Assembly: GCA_964234715.1 (NCBI GenBank)
Contig: OZ174290.1
Reading direction: 5' to 3' (one strand)
Source of the DNA: Podarcis melisellensis
Taxonomy: Eukaryota
Length of the DNA stretch: 64,000 nucleotides
Below the pieces are notes generated by a model. It was not told the origin of the DNA. It saw only the letters and a program-made list of their open reading frames with translations, and did no database searches. How positions within the stretch are numbered: the first letter of the stretch is position 1; every line of letters starts with the position of its first letter. Made by a program: the position numbers and the translations under genes. Positions 13,311 through 24,925 of the stretch are shown here, piece by piece.

Positions 13311-13999
13311 ACCGACTCAATGTCCCCACCGAGCTCCACGGCCGAGTGAGAATTTGCAGCTGGGTAGCTCCTGCCCCACCCTGATGCTCCAGCCATTACA
13401 TCACACTTGATTATGCTCAGAAACAGGTGGCCTTAGACGGAATCAGAACACAGGCCCACTTAGCTAAGGTAACTTCTAACTCTACAATGAATGGCTCTGG
13501 CTTTTTCAGGTTTCTGTGGAAGGAACTTTCTCACCCATAGCTAGAGAGTAACTTTACTGTTAATTCTCTGAACAGGGCCAAGGAAATGGCAGGGTGAGCA
13601 CATGCCACACAGAGCAAGCTCATTTCCTGCTGCTCCAGAGGGCAGGACCCGAACCGACGGATTCAAATAGGAAATAAGGAGATTTCAACTCTAACTTTCT
13701 GACCGTAAGAGGTGCTCCAACAATGTGGAACCAACTCTCTTGGAGCGTGGCAGGCTCTCCTTCACTGGAGGATTTTAAGCAAGAGGCTGGGCGACCATCT
13801 GTCCTATATGCTTTCGTTGAATTGTTGAATTGCAGGAGGGCTGGACTTGATGACCCCTGGGGGGACCCTTCCGACCCTGCAATTCCATGGCTGAACTCTC
13901 TTGCTCAGGTACAGCCCCATTCCTAGGGCGGGGGGAGGCAGTGCAGAAAGCAGCATGAACACCGGCTGGGAAGCAGCAATGGGTTCTGGGTTCAAGAAC

Positions 14000-14570
14000 A
14001 GCGCCTGCGAGAAAAGCACAGGCAGAATCGCTGCAAGGTTGGGGCGGGCAGAAAGGCGGACGCAGCTGATTGGGCAGGACGGCACTGCTCTGACCAATGA
14101 GAGGCAGGCCCGAGAGCCCCGACCAATAGGAGCAGGCGGCGGGAGCCGAGGCTCCCTAGCCAATAGCAGCGGCGGTGCCCGCTTTTCTCCCTCAGCCGTT
14201 ACCGCCGGGCCTCACCCGGTCTCGGAGTCCCCCGTCCCCTGCTCCGCTGAGCCCGAGGCCTCCCCGGTCGTAGATTCCGGAGCCGCCGGAGGAGTAGCCT
14301 CTTCCTCTCCTCCCTCGTCCGGCGCTGGAGCCGCCGCTCCCGCCGCCGCCATCTTCCCGCTGGAAACAGGTTCTCGCGAGAACTCCTGCCTGAACTCTCG
14401 CGAGATACTCTCTCACGGTAGCGCTTCCTCCCTCCCCCCCTTTATATTAAAGGGGCAATGTCACTCTCGCTTTCTTAAACGGGCGATGCGATCCACTGCG
14501 GGCTTGCTGCGAAGTCTCTGGACTTGGCATGCCGCAGCAATTAAACTATAGCGAGGGGAGGGGCGGGAGG
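14000..14570 (-). promoter_or_regulatory. ASH2L CpG-island promoter with two TCTCGCGAGA elements and a YY1-type motif
   Basis: CpG-rich; TCTCGCGAGA at 14372-14381 and 14396-14405; CCGCCATCTT overlaps the start codon; four CCAAT boxes at 14069-14164. Confidence 0.8.
14216..14352 (-). CDS. ASH2L: ASH2L exon 1 (MAAAGAAAPAPDEGGEEEATPP...GDSETG)
   Basis: ATG in gggaagATGG context inside a CpG island; MAAAG start like vertebrate ASH2L; donor GG|GTGAG; 137 nt, phase 2 matches exon 2. Confidence 0.9.
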
Positions 14571-16825
14571 GAATGTATTAATATTATATATTTATTAATA
14601 TCCCGTCTTTATCCCTGTTAGGGACTCAAGTCGGCTTAAAGAAAACAATCTGAACAGCTAAAAAACATGAAGGGGAGGGGGAAAATAAGCATTAAAAGCA
14701 ATTAAAAATTCATAGAATTAAAACTACACACATAACGCACACGTATTTTGTAGATATTAAAAAATCTATTAAAGCCATACCAATAATTACAATAAAAACA
14801 GCACCCCCTCCACATTGCATCTAAAGCTGAATGCAGTGACTAAAACTTTCCCACGTGGCCCTGGGTCTAAGTCTCATTGAACCCAACAGGACTTAATTTT
14901 CTGTAGACCTACCTAGAATTGCGCTGATTCATAAGGAATCGGCTCCAGGCTCCAGTACTGCCATTTGTGCCATCAATTTTCAACCTGCTGCTCGAACTCA
15001 ATGGGATCTGATTCTACTCGTTATCTCAGTAATTCTTGCAACAGTGGAGGCAAATATGTGGTCCTCCAGGTGTTCTTCGGCTCCAGCTCCCATCAGCCCA
15101 AGTCAGCATGGCCAATCTGAGAAGAATGGGAGCTGTGCTTTGTTTGGAGAGTCACAGGTTATCACCCTTACCTTGCAATAAGTCTGCAAAGTAGCTCCCA
15201 TATATTTTAGGCTGTGGTTAAGGCCAGTAAGTGATCTATTTTATTTTTATTTATTTGAAGAGTTTATTTTTGCACTGGTGGTTTCAAAGTTCAAACAGCA
15301 AGCACTGGACAGGTTCTTACTACAGTGTTAGACTTCAGACTGCAGATGAAGGCTCAATACATGCAACGTTTTTCTACATTCCCCATTCCTCCAAAATTCC
15401 CTGCCACCCAGAAAACTGGACAACAGGGGAGAAACTTTCTAGCTTATGTTCCATACTCCTGAGCAGGCCTTTTGCTCTTAAGGCAGCACCTTTCAGTTTC
15501 AAGGGAGTCAGGTAACAGAAGCAGCTAACTGCCCACTGAATCTCCTAGCCCTCTTTCTTTTCCATTCCTTCCCATCAAATGGGGGGGGGGGCTTAGAGAT
15601 TAGCGGACTCATTGAACCTCCACATTTTTTTCAGTACCAGTATCAATACGTAGCTGTATTAAAAATAATACCATTTATTTTCCTGCAGTTTTCATAAACC
15701 AGAGATTGTATAACAATGTTTTTAAAGGTAGATAGATAGACTGCCTTGATAAAAATACAACCACTTTAGTAAAATAACAACCAGAAGAGCCTATTTAGAG
15801 CAAAGCCTAACTGTAACTCAAATTGTTGTTTGGGGTTATATCCAGTGCTAGCCCAACACAGAGTCTGCCTGTTGAAATTAAGGAACCCAAGGCAGCCTTG
15901 TTCATTAACTTCAGCGGGTCTACTCTCAATAGGACTACTATTAGATACAACGCTGTGTCTTTACTGAATTGGGAATTCTGTACTGCTTTATATTTGGATG
16001 TTTAAATAGATCGTTTTGCTTTTTTTACTTTAAAAAAAACAACCCAATAATATGGTAAGGTATGCAGTAAACGACCTCATAATGAATCAGACCCCATTTA
16101 GCTCAGTACTATTTACACACCGACTGGCAACTGGAGATGTTGAGGATTCAACCTGAGACCACCTATATGCAAAACAGATGTTCCCCTACTGACCCACGGC
16201 CCTTCCCTTTTTAAAGAAAAGCCATACACCATTATGGTATCAAGATGTGAAGATATGGTTTCTAGGATGTAGGCAGGAGAAAGCTTGGATTTTTAAATTA
16301 TATTTTCAAAGATACCTCACCCCCCGCCCCGGGGAAGTGACTCATCCCTACAGCTTGGTCTCATAATCTTACTAGGAATATTCAGTCACTAGCAGGCAAT
16401 CATCCAATAACAAATGTATTGCCTCTGAAAGCAGCTTTCGTCTTCAAATTGCTTCATTTTCACTAATTCATTCATACATTAGGCCTCTCTTTGAAGTTAC
16501 TGATAACTACCATTGTTTCTGAGTCTAGAACATTGCAGGAATCTTTTGAAGTACCAATTCATTATAAAGACTAAGTTACTGAGGTGCATTGAATTGATTA
16601 TCGCTGACTGAGGGTAAAGTGGGACAATGGCATTAAATGCATCCAAGAGTCCCGTATCTTTTCTTTTTTAAATCAATGATAGCTTCCTGTGGGAGGCTCA
16701 GAGAGTGGTGACAAGGGAGAGGGCCATGCCCTCCTCACTTTCTTTGAAGTCCTTTTGGCACCAGATAAAAACTTACTTTTCCTCCCAGGCTTTTGATCGA
16801 CTGAGATGCTGCTGTTTTGCTATTA

Positions 16826-17024
16826 CAGTGGTATCTTGGGTTAAGAACTTAATTCGTTCTGGAGGTCTGTTCTTAACCTGAAACTGTTCTTAGCCTGAGG
16901 TACCACTTTAGCTAATGGGGCCTCCCACTGCCGCCGTGCAATTTCTGTTCTCATCCTGAAGTAACATTCTTAACCCAAGTTACTATTTCTGGGTTAGCGG
17001 AGTCTGTAACCTGAGGTACCACTG
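16826..17024. mobile_element. Tc1/mariner-type MITE
   Basis: TA|CAGTGGTATC...GGTACCACTG|TA; homologous to the 41421 and 58305 copies. Confidence 0.8.
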
Positions 17025-17157
17025 TAGTGCTGCTCAAACTTCCTGTGGCTGTTTTGGTGGGTTGTTTTCGGGTTGTTTTTGTTTATTTATTTGTGTTTTT
17101 AACAGCATTGTAAGTTGCTAGGAGACCTTTGGGTCACAAAAGACTAACAAGTCTAAT

Positions 17158-17158
17158 A

Positions 17159-17203
<45 letters not shown>
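17158..17203. repeat. (AAT)n microsatellite
   Basis: Direct reading. Confidence 0.9.
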
Positions 17204-17204
<1 letters not shown>

Positions 17205-19107
17205 GCTGTGATGGTTCCAGTCCAAATAGGCACTGTTCTGAAAGGAGGGGGAGAAGATAGTAGCAATGCTTTAGAGGAAAATAGCAGCTTGGGTAGGGAA
17301 TTGCCAGCAGGTTAATGGTCTGGGGAGAAGATTAATCCCCTGTGCACATTAATTCAAGGCTGTATTCAATGCTAGTTCTACTCAGATTAGACCTATTGAA
17401 ATCAATTGGCAAAAGTAACTTAAATCTATTGAGTTCAGTGGGTCTGTTTTGAGCAGGGTTAACATTGTATACAACCCTAAGTGTCTTCTGAAGTTTTCAC
17501 TAGAGCTTCAGATGCACCTTCTTTTAGTCTTTTATGCATTAGTGGGAAGATGGTATCAAACACTATTACTCTTCAGCAAGAGGAACTGATTCCCATCATG
17601 CCAAACACCTCCTAATTCGCCCAACGCCTTCTCTGCAGCTCACTGGGTGAGAAATAGGAGCCAAAGTGCTCAGTTCCAGGCACATAGAGCATCATTTGGA
17701 GTTGAATCAAGTTCCTTGTAGCCAGGGATCTGTCCATGGTCCTGCAAACCTTGTACCTGATGCTCCATCTCCTGTTGAACTTCAGACCCATATTGGTTGA
17801 TTGTCAGTACTACACTGGACTGCCTTCTCTTTGACATAGATCTAGGGCAGTCAACCTTTGATCCTCCAGATATTGTTGGACTTTTAACTCGGTCATTGGC
17901 TCCGGTCATTGTGGCTCATGGTTAGGAATGATGGTCATGCTGGCTGGGGCTGATGGGAGTTTGAATCCAGCAACATCTGGAGTGCCACAGATTCCCCCTT
18001 ATAAATATAAATATTTCCAAAGAAGAAAATCCAGAAAGTTATTAGAATTCCACTTGTCACAGTTAACACGTTTTCCACTAATGGCATATTGCTAGTATTA
18101 ATTAAAACCTAGTAATCATGCATACTCCTAGAAATCAATATGTTTTAAATGTTCAACAACAGAAAGAAGTAAGCATGAGAGGTAGCACCACCCGTTTCCT
18201 CTTGCCTAACCACCACATGTGAGCACATTTGGTCATGGAAAACTCTCCCATGGAAAACTCTCCCAAAGTAGTCATGGTCATGGAAAACTCTCCCAAAGTA
18301 GTTAAAGCTGTTGTCAGTAGCTATTGTGGTGCTTAATCACATTACACAACATCCCCAGAGAGCATCCTAGAGGCAATGGGACTGAGATTTAAGAAACAGA
18401 AATAGCAACAACACAAATATTGACTGGAAATATTTAGTGGGTGTTATTTTTTTGGTGGGGGTTGGTTGGTCTTGGGTCAACTCAGGCAAATTACTGCAAG
18501 CTGGTCTAGGGGTGAAGTGGCAAAATCTTCACACATTTTTGCCAGGAAAAGGAAGGAAATTATTGAACCACTTGGTGGCAGTAAACATATATCCCAGGAA
18601 AGTTTAGAATACAGAAAGTGCAAGGGGTGAGAGCAGGAGCAGGTTGTATATTTAGAGTTGAAACTTGGCTGAGTGGAAAAAGAGAAAGTATCTTCTCAGT
18701 AGCTCATTATAGAATACCCTGCACCCTTCCTCACTGTTTTTCACCAATCAGGGTATGCCTTTTTAATCTGAATGGCTTTTATTTTATGAGAAAGCAATGT
18801 TTTAAACAATTTTTTTAAATAAAAAAGCTCTTCTTTATAATTGTTTTATAAAAGTGCAATGTTTTGTGGTGTGAGCTGCCCAGAGTGGTGTACAAGTATT
18901 GTATCCCATACTAGTTACACTCAAAGTAGACCCGATGAAATTAATAGACATGGCTAACTTCTAATTCATTAGATTTCAATGGCTCTACTCTGAGTAAAAG
19001 TTAGTTTGATACAACCCTAAATGCATTTCTCAAAGGAGTTATTATTATTTTTTCCCTTTAATAAAAAATAGTCCATAAATAACAATACCTCTGCTCCTGT
19101 CTCAAAG

Positions 19108-19163
19108 GAAGAAGAAGAAGAAGAAGAAGAAGAAGAAGAAGAAGAAGAAGAAGAAGAAGAAGA
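19108..19163. repeat. (GAA)n microsatellite
   Basis: Direct reading. Confidence 0.92.
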
Positions 19164-20530
19164 ATTGAGAGTGTGAAGGAGGGTCTGCAAACTGTCTTTG
19201 AGATATTCTGGGACCCACAGAGCCCCCTCAAATATTGCTGATCTGTGTACCATTTGAGCTTGAATCTTCCTGTCTCATAGAGAAAGAGGCTTGTGTCCCC
19301 CCCCCTAGAAAAAAACACTGCTTGTAGTATTGCTTTTCTTCTGCATCCTGAGTTTTTACCTGGCATCACCTCTGTATGGTTCATGGCTGCAGTGCAGATA
19401 GGCAGATAAGCAGTTACTCTGTTCTCACAGTGGCCAACCAGATGCCTGGGAAAGCCTGCAAGCAGGACTCTCAATGCAATAGCATTCTTCCCTCCTCTGG
19501 TTTCCAGAAACTGTTATTCAGATGCATACAGTACTGCCTCTGAAAAATGCCGGAACTCCTGCTTTTTTATTTGTTTAGAAAAGATTATGAAGCCATTCAG
19601 TACAGTGTAGAAATATAAATCATCTGCCTCTCCCTTGACTGAACAATGCTTGTGTGTCAGTAATTGCTCCTTGCCATAATTCCTGTTACCTGTGAGTCAG
19701 AGTTAAGCAGTCAGGCATCTTCCAATTTTTCACTGCGACCTGTCAAGCTGCCGATATCCTAAAGCTTATTAAGTCTTTGGGTTTACTGTAGCAATCTCAT
19801 TCTTTTCAGCTCACATTCTTTTCAGCTAAGGCAGCTGAAAGGTATTGTCTGTTAGGTTTAGGTGGTTACATTAATTTCATGAAATACTGTGCGCCACTGG
19901 CTTATAAATCCACCAAATTCACGAATCTCTCTGATTACATCCTCTCCAGCACATTACATTATGAGTATGCATGACTTGTCCCAGCTTTACCAGATTACGT
20001 ATCAACTTTTCAGATGTGTGCCCTTAGGCTTGTGCCCAATGTAGTGATAAGTAAGCAACAGTGCAACAATTTCTGCTTGTGCAACAGAACATTCCCCTCT
20101 CTCCTTGTGCACCCCACACCCTCCCCAAATCTGCTCTGGTGGATTCAGGGGGAAACCCAGGCTAGATCTGGAGGTAGCACAGGGATGGGCATGGGGAAGG
20201 GGAAGGGGGAGGAAGTCCTCTTGTGCAAGTGGAAATCTTTGCACTGATGGGATGCTTAAAATGCTACACCAGATACAAGCCTAAATGTGTGAGGGTCTGA
20301 AGATGCATTGGGGTCATAGCTGTCCTCATCCACATTTCAAGCACTTGCTTGTTCAGACAAATGTCCAAACATGGTTTAGCCTTGTCCTTACACTCAATTC
20401 ATCCATGGGCCATGGATGAATTTTCCTTGATTTGACAAAGTATCCTGTTTTGATTTTTACTAGAACCAGATCTGGGTGCAAAACACCAGCTCTGCTTAGA
20501 CAATGGCAAAGAATTAAGGAACACGGTATA

Positions 20531-20883
20531 GGGATGCGGGTGGCGCTGTGGGTTAAACCACAGAGCCTAGGGCTTGCTGATCAGAAGGGCAGCGCTTCGA
20601 ATCCCTGCAACAGGGTGAGCTCCCACTGCTCAGTCCCAGCTCCTGCCCACCTAGCAGTTCGAAAGCACGTCAAAGTCCAAGTAGATAAATAGGTACCGCT
20701 CCGGCGGGAAGATAAACAGCGTTTCCGTGCGCTGCTCTGGTTCGCCAGAAGCGGCTTAGTCATGCTGGCCACATGACGCAGAAGCTGTATGCTGGCTCCT
20801 TCGGCCAGTAAAGCGAGATGTGTGCCGCAGCCCCAGAGTCGTCTGCCACTGGACCTGATGGTCAGGGGTCCCTTTACCTTTAC
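20531..20883 (+). mobile_element. Sauria SINE (lacertid type), full length
   Basis: tRNA-like head GGTGGCGCTGTGGGTTAAACC with degenerate B box; (ACCTTT)n tail. Confidence 0.9.
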
Positions 20884-21827
20884 GGAACAGGGTGCCTCTG
20901 AGCACATGCTCAGGCCAGAAATCTGTGGTTGGTGTTGGAACTAAGCTCACAAGTCCTTCTGCACCAATTTCCACTCCTGGTTCACCCCCCCCCCAATTCT
21001 TTTTCAGCAACTTTATTCTTCATTCTTGTGATTCTGCGTACAGGATTTTATCAGCAGACTTCATCTGCTCGGCTGGGTCTCTCTTTCTCACAGAGGCTAC
21101 TGGAACCAACTGCCCCATGAGGGGGAGCAGCTGGACCATCTGCTCTAGGGTGGGTGGCATCATCTGTCCCCACCTGCCCCCCCCCCAATCCCCAAAAGGC
21201 ACCACCTTCCAGCTGCATCACAGCCACTCCCAGGAAGCTTGTGAAGCATGGGTATTTTGCCTGTTTTGAACTGTGACCAGCCTGTGACAGCTGGCCCATC
21301 TGTTCTGGCTGGGCGTGTGGTCTCACCTGGACCCCCCAGTACTTCCTGGAAGGACTGACCAGACATTGTCAGATCTTCGCTCAATATTCAGCTCCCCTGA
21401 AGCCACTTTTGAGAAAGTGCTTCATCTGCTGGAAGCTAACCAAATATGAAACTCAGAGCTAGTGCATTTTTCCTCATTCCTGCCTGCCCCTTTTCTTTTT
21501 GTGTCATGCCTTTTAGACCGTAAATCCTGTGTGCAGGAATGGTTCTTGGGAAACCTTTGGGGTAATAAAATGCTCTAAATTAATGAATCATTAAAGAGTA
21601 TGTGTGCTGTGGGTGCCAGATAAGTAATTTGCACAGCACAACTCCAGTTGGCGGGCCTGGGTTCAGAATGGGTGGTCTGATGGTGTTATGTTATCAGCTG
21701 GGATCAAAGGGAGGATAACAGAGTAGATCAATGCAAATCCATTGTTTCACCTTGGGATTTTGCTTTTGGAGATGAAAGGACCTGTCCCAATAAGAGGCGG
21801 ATAGCTCTTTCAAGCTGTTGAGCAGGT

Positions 21828-22021
21828 TGATGTCAAGGTGATGGACAACTACCTGACATTCAGAAGACATCTGAAGGCAGCCCTGTTCAGGGAAGTTTTT
21901 AATATGTGACATTTTAGTGTATTTTTCATTTCTGTTGGAAGCCGCCCAGAGTGGCTGGGGAAACCCAGCCAGATGGGCGGGGTACAAATAATAAATTATT
22001 ATTATTATTATTATTATTATT
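21828..22021 (+). mobile_element. L2-type LINE 3' end
   Basis: Same 3' sequence as the 12980 copy; (ATT)n tail. Confidence 0.7.
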
Positions 22022-23799
22022 GCAAAGTGACAGGTTGCAATCCTGTCCACACTTACAGGGGAGCAAACCCCACTGAACATCAACTAGGCATTTAAAACAA
22101 GGGAGATACCTTCTTATTGAGAAGAACATTAAGGAAGGGGAGAAACAAAGAGCTGCCAGAGCTTCTGCTGTTATCTGCATATAGGCAAACCAGGAATGAC
22201 CACAGTCCTCACTGCCATCCCAGAGGGACCTTCTTAAGCTCCAGTGTGGTGTAGTAGTTAGAGTCCGAATCCTTACTTGGCCATGAAGTTCAGTAGGTGA
22301 ACTTGGGCCAGTCATTACCTGAGATTCCTGCATTGCAGGGGGTTGGACTAGATGACCCCTGGGATCTAAGATGATGTGATCAACTCTCAGCCTAACCCAC
22401 CTCACAATATTGTGAAACATGACAAAAGTTTGCATTATATGCTTTAAAAACAACAATAACTGGCTTTGGGAGCTACTTCAAGGAAGTATCTCATCCTGTG
22501 CTGAAGATTGTTTAACAGTAAGCAATAATTTGTCAAATTTAATACTAGTTTTCTAACCTCACATTGCTCTTTGGAGTACCACCCACAGCGTCTACATCAG
22601 GGTGACTAACCTGTGGCTCTCTCTAGATTCCAGCTCCCATCAGCCCCAGTCAACATGGCCAATAGCTGAGGGTGATGGGCAACCTCTGTTCCCATTCCTG
22701 TTCTAAATGAACTCCTGGTCAAGCTTCAAGGGTGGCTAACTCAGGATGAGGTTGCAGAGAAAGGAAGCCTTGCATTTCAGAACAAAGGCATATTTCTTTC
22801 TGCTTAAAAGTGTTGGCCTTAAGGAGTACACTATACACAGAAATGCATGTGATGGAGTTTTGGTGGTATGTTGCTGAGAAAAGCATCCTCAAAAACTTCT
22901 GTCCGTCTATTGCATTCTTCATAACATCCAAGCAGAAATATAGCATGGGGTGATGAATTTGCTGTTATTATATAATAGGTTATATATTATAACAGGTTAT
23001 TTTCCCCTCCTTTCAAAGGCAGTCATTCTGCTTCAGTTGTCACCAGTGATTTAAGAAATGCATTACCTGAAGAAATTACCCTTTGGAGGAGAATGTCAAA
23101 ATATACAGGTTTTCCCCTTGTACCTTTTTGCAGTGTATAGGAAGGAAAGGAAGTTAGTTGCTTTAACAGTGCGTACTGTACAGTACTCAACACTTACTGT
23201 CGCATAACAAATGTAACTGAGCTGCAGAAAAGACTTTACAACCTGAAAAAGGAAGCAATGGACGTACTTTTGTAAACCAAGAAAATCTTTAATAAAAAAT
23301 ATTTTTAAAACAACAACACTGCAAGCTGTCCTGAAATCATATAGAAAGGTGGAAGGAATAGAAACAAGTAATATTTTTTTTTGTTTATTTGTTTATTTAT
23401 TTGGCTTATTATTACCCTACCCTTTTCACCCTAAGGTCCCAGGGCAGATTGCAATGATTTAGAATACGACATTAAAGACAGTTTAAAAGAAATTACAGTC
23501 ACAAACTGGGAGGGGGGGGGTCCTAGAAACGTATGAAGATTTGTAGAGACAAACGCCTCATTTCACAAGCCCCCTCCCCCGATTAAAAACGATCAGAACT
23601 CATCCATTGCCACCCAGATCTCGGCTTTCTCAGCCAAGTGTCAAAGATGAAGGTATTAGAGAATCAGGATGCAAAGACTGAAGGAGGGGGTCGGATAAGG
23701 CGTTTGGGAAGGGGGGGATAACACCCGCCAGGGGGATCTGGCTATCTTCAAGCATCTGTGAAAAAGAATCACTTTGCTCACATTCCACGTTGAGGCTGA

Positions 23800-23990
23800 T
23801 GTCTAATGAGAGAGCGGTCATTAATTGCCTGTTTCTTTCCTCATTGGGGGGCGAGGGAGAAGGTGGGGGAGTTGCATGAGAATAGGGACCAGAGGAAAAA
23901 AGGCAAGAGAAAGTTTGACAGCTTGTTGACATCAAAGACTCGCAAGATTAGGCAGCCGCAGGTATAAAAGTGCTGAACTCGAAGAAGGAG
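23800..23990 (+). promoter_or_regulatory. Nodal core/proximal promoter (TATA box, TCF/LEF site)
   Basis: TATAAAAG at 23963-23970, about 350 nt before the ATG; ACATCAAAG at 23929-23937; TGACAG at 23916-23921; TAATTG homeodomain site near 23822. Confidence 0.65.
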
Positions 23991-24313
23991 AGAGGAGCAT
24001 TCGGAGCGAGCAGAAGCGGAGTAAGGGGCTTGAGCAGACGCCCCCTCCGGGGAGAGGGAGAAGAGGGAGCAAAAGAAAGAAGCAAGAAGACTTCTCATTT
24101 AGACGAGGGTGAAAAAGAGAGGGAGAATGGGAGCGAGACAATTCTGACCCGAGTCAACCCTCTTAAGTTCCCTGAATTCGGAGTCAATTCGGATCTGAGC
24201 ACAGGAGAGAGAGAGAGAGAAAACGGGGATTTAGGTGACACAAGATAGAAAACAGACTCTTAGGTTAGAAGTTGAGAGAGAGAGGGAAAGAGACTTCTGC
24301 AATCTATGCAGCG

Positions 24314-24623
24314 ATGCCTCCCAGGACCCCCTCGCTCTTGGAGCTGATGTCTTGGGCGCTCGCCCTCCTGGGCGCAGCCTGCTCGCAGACCGTCGAGCTG
24401 CTGCAGGAGGCCGCCGAGGGCCAGCTCCGGCCCGCCGCCTCCTCTCCGGCCGGCCTGGCCGCAGCCCCGGCCCGCCCTCGCCCGCAGCCCCCGGCGCTCC
24501 GCTCCCCGGTGTACATGCTGCAGCTGTACCGCGCCCTCGTCGTGGGCAGCCCCCCGAGCCAGCCCAGCGCAGAAGCCTCGGCCTGGAGAGAATCCGACAC
24601 CATCCTCAGCCTGGGGGCGCGAC
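24314..24623 (+). CDS. NODAL: Nodal exon 1 (signal peptide and prodomain start, ...PVYMLQLYRAL...ESDTILSLGAR)
   Basis: Hydrophobic leader WALALLGAAC; Nodal prodomain motifs YMLQLY and SDTILSL; donor C|GTAAGT, phase 1. The start could alternatively be Met12 at 24347. Confidence 0.9.
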
Positions 24624-24861
24624 GTAAGTCCTGCTCCTTGCCTCGGTTGACCCCTTTCCGTCCCCCCCCCCCCCCACCGCCACAAAAAGCCTCCCCTGGC
24701 CCCTTTCCATTTGGAGTTACTTCCATTCTGATTTCCTGCCCAGGGTTTGTAAGGACATCCTGGATGGATGGATGGATGGATAGATATCCGCATCCCTGGG
24801 TGGTGGTCCTTCTGGCCTTAAGTCAACCCGCCTCCCGCCTCTCCTTCCCGGGTCTCTTTTT

Positions 24862-24925
24862 TGTGGATTGTGGCCCCAGACGTCTGCAACGGAGAGAGCC
24901 CCCCAAGAGAGAGATGCAATCCACA
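24862..24925. promoter_or_regulatory. Nodal intron-1 FoxH1/Smad autoregulatory (ASE-like) enhancer core
   Basis: TGTGGATTG at 24862-24870 and CAATCCACA at 24917-24925 flank the palindrome CAGACGTCTG at 24877-24886. Confidence 0.75.

Noticed and set aside
13901-14551. 216-aa plus-strand ORF
   Set aside because: Antisense shadow of the ASH2L CpG island and exon 1; no recognisable domain.
19620-19980. Possible conserved upstream Nodal element (AP-1, Sox and Meis words)
   Set aside because: Only scattered short motifs at near-chance density; cannot be supported without alignment.
20531-20610. tRNA-like A/B boxes (also at 34886, 36573, 39217)
   Set aside because: These are SINE heads continuing into SINE bodies, not tRNA genes.
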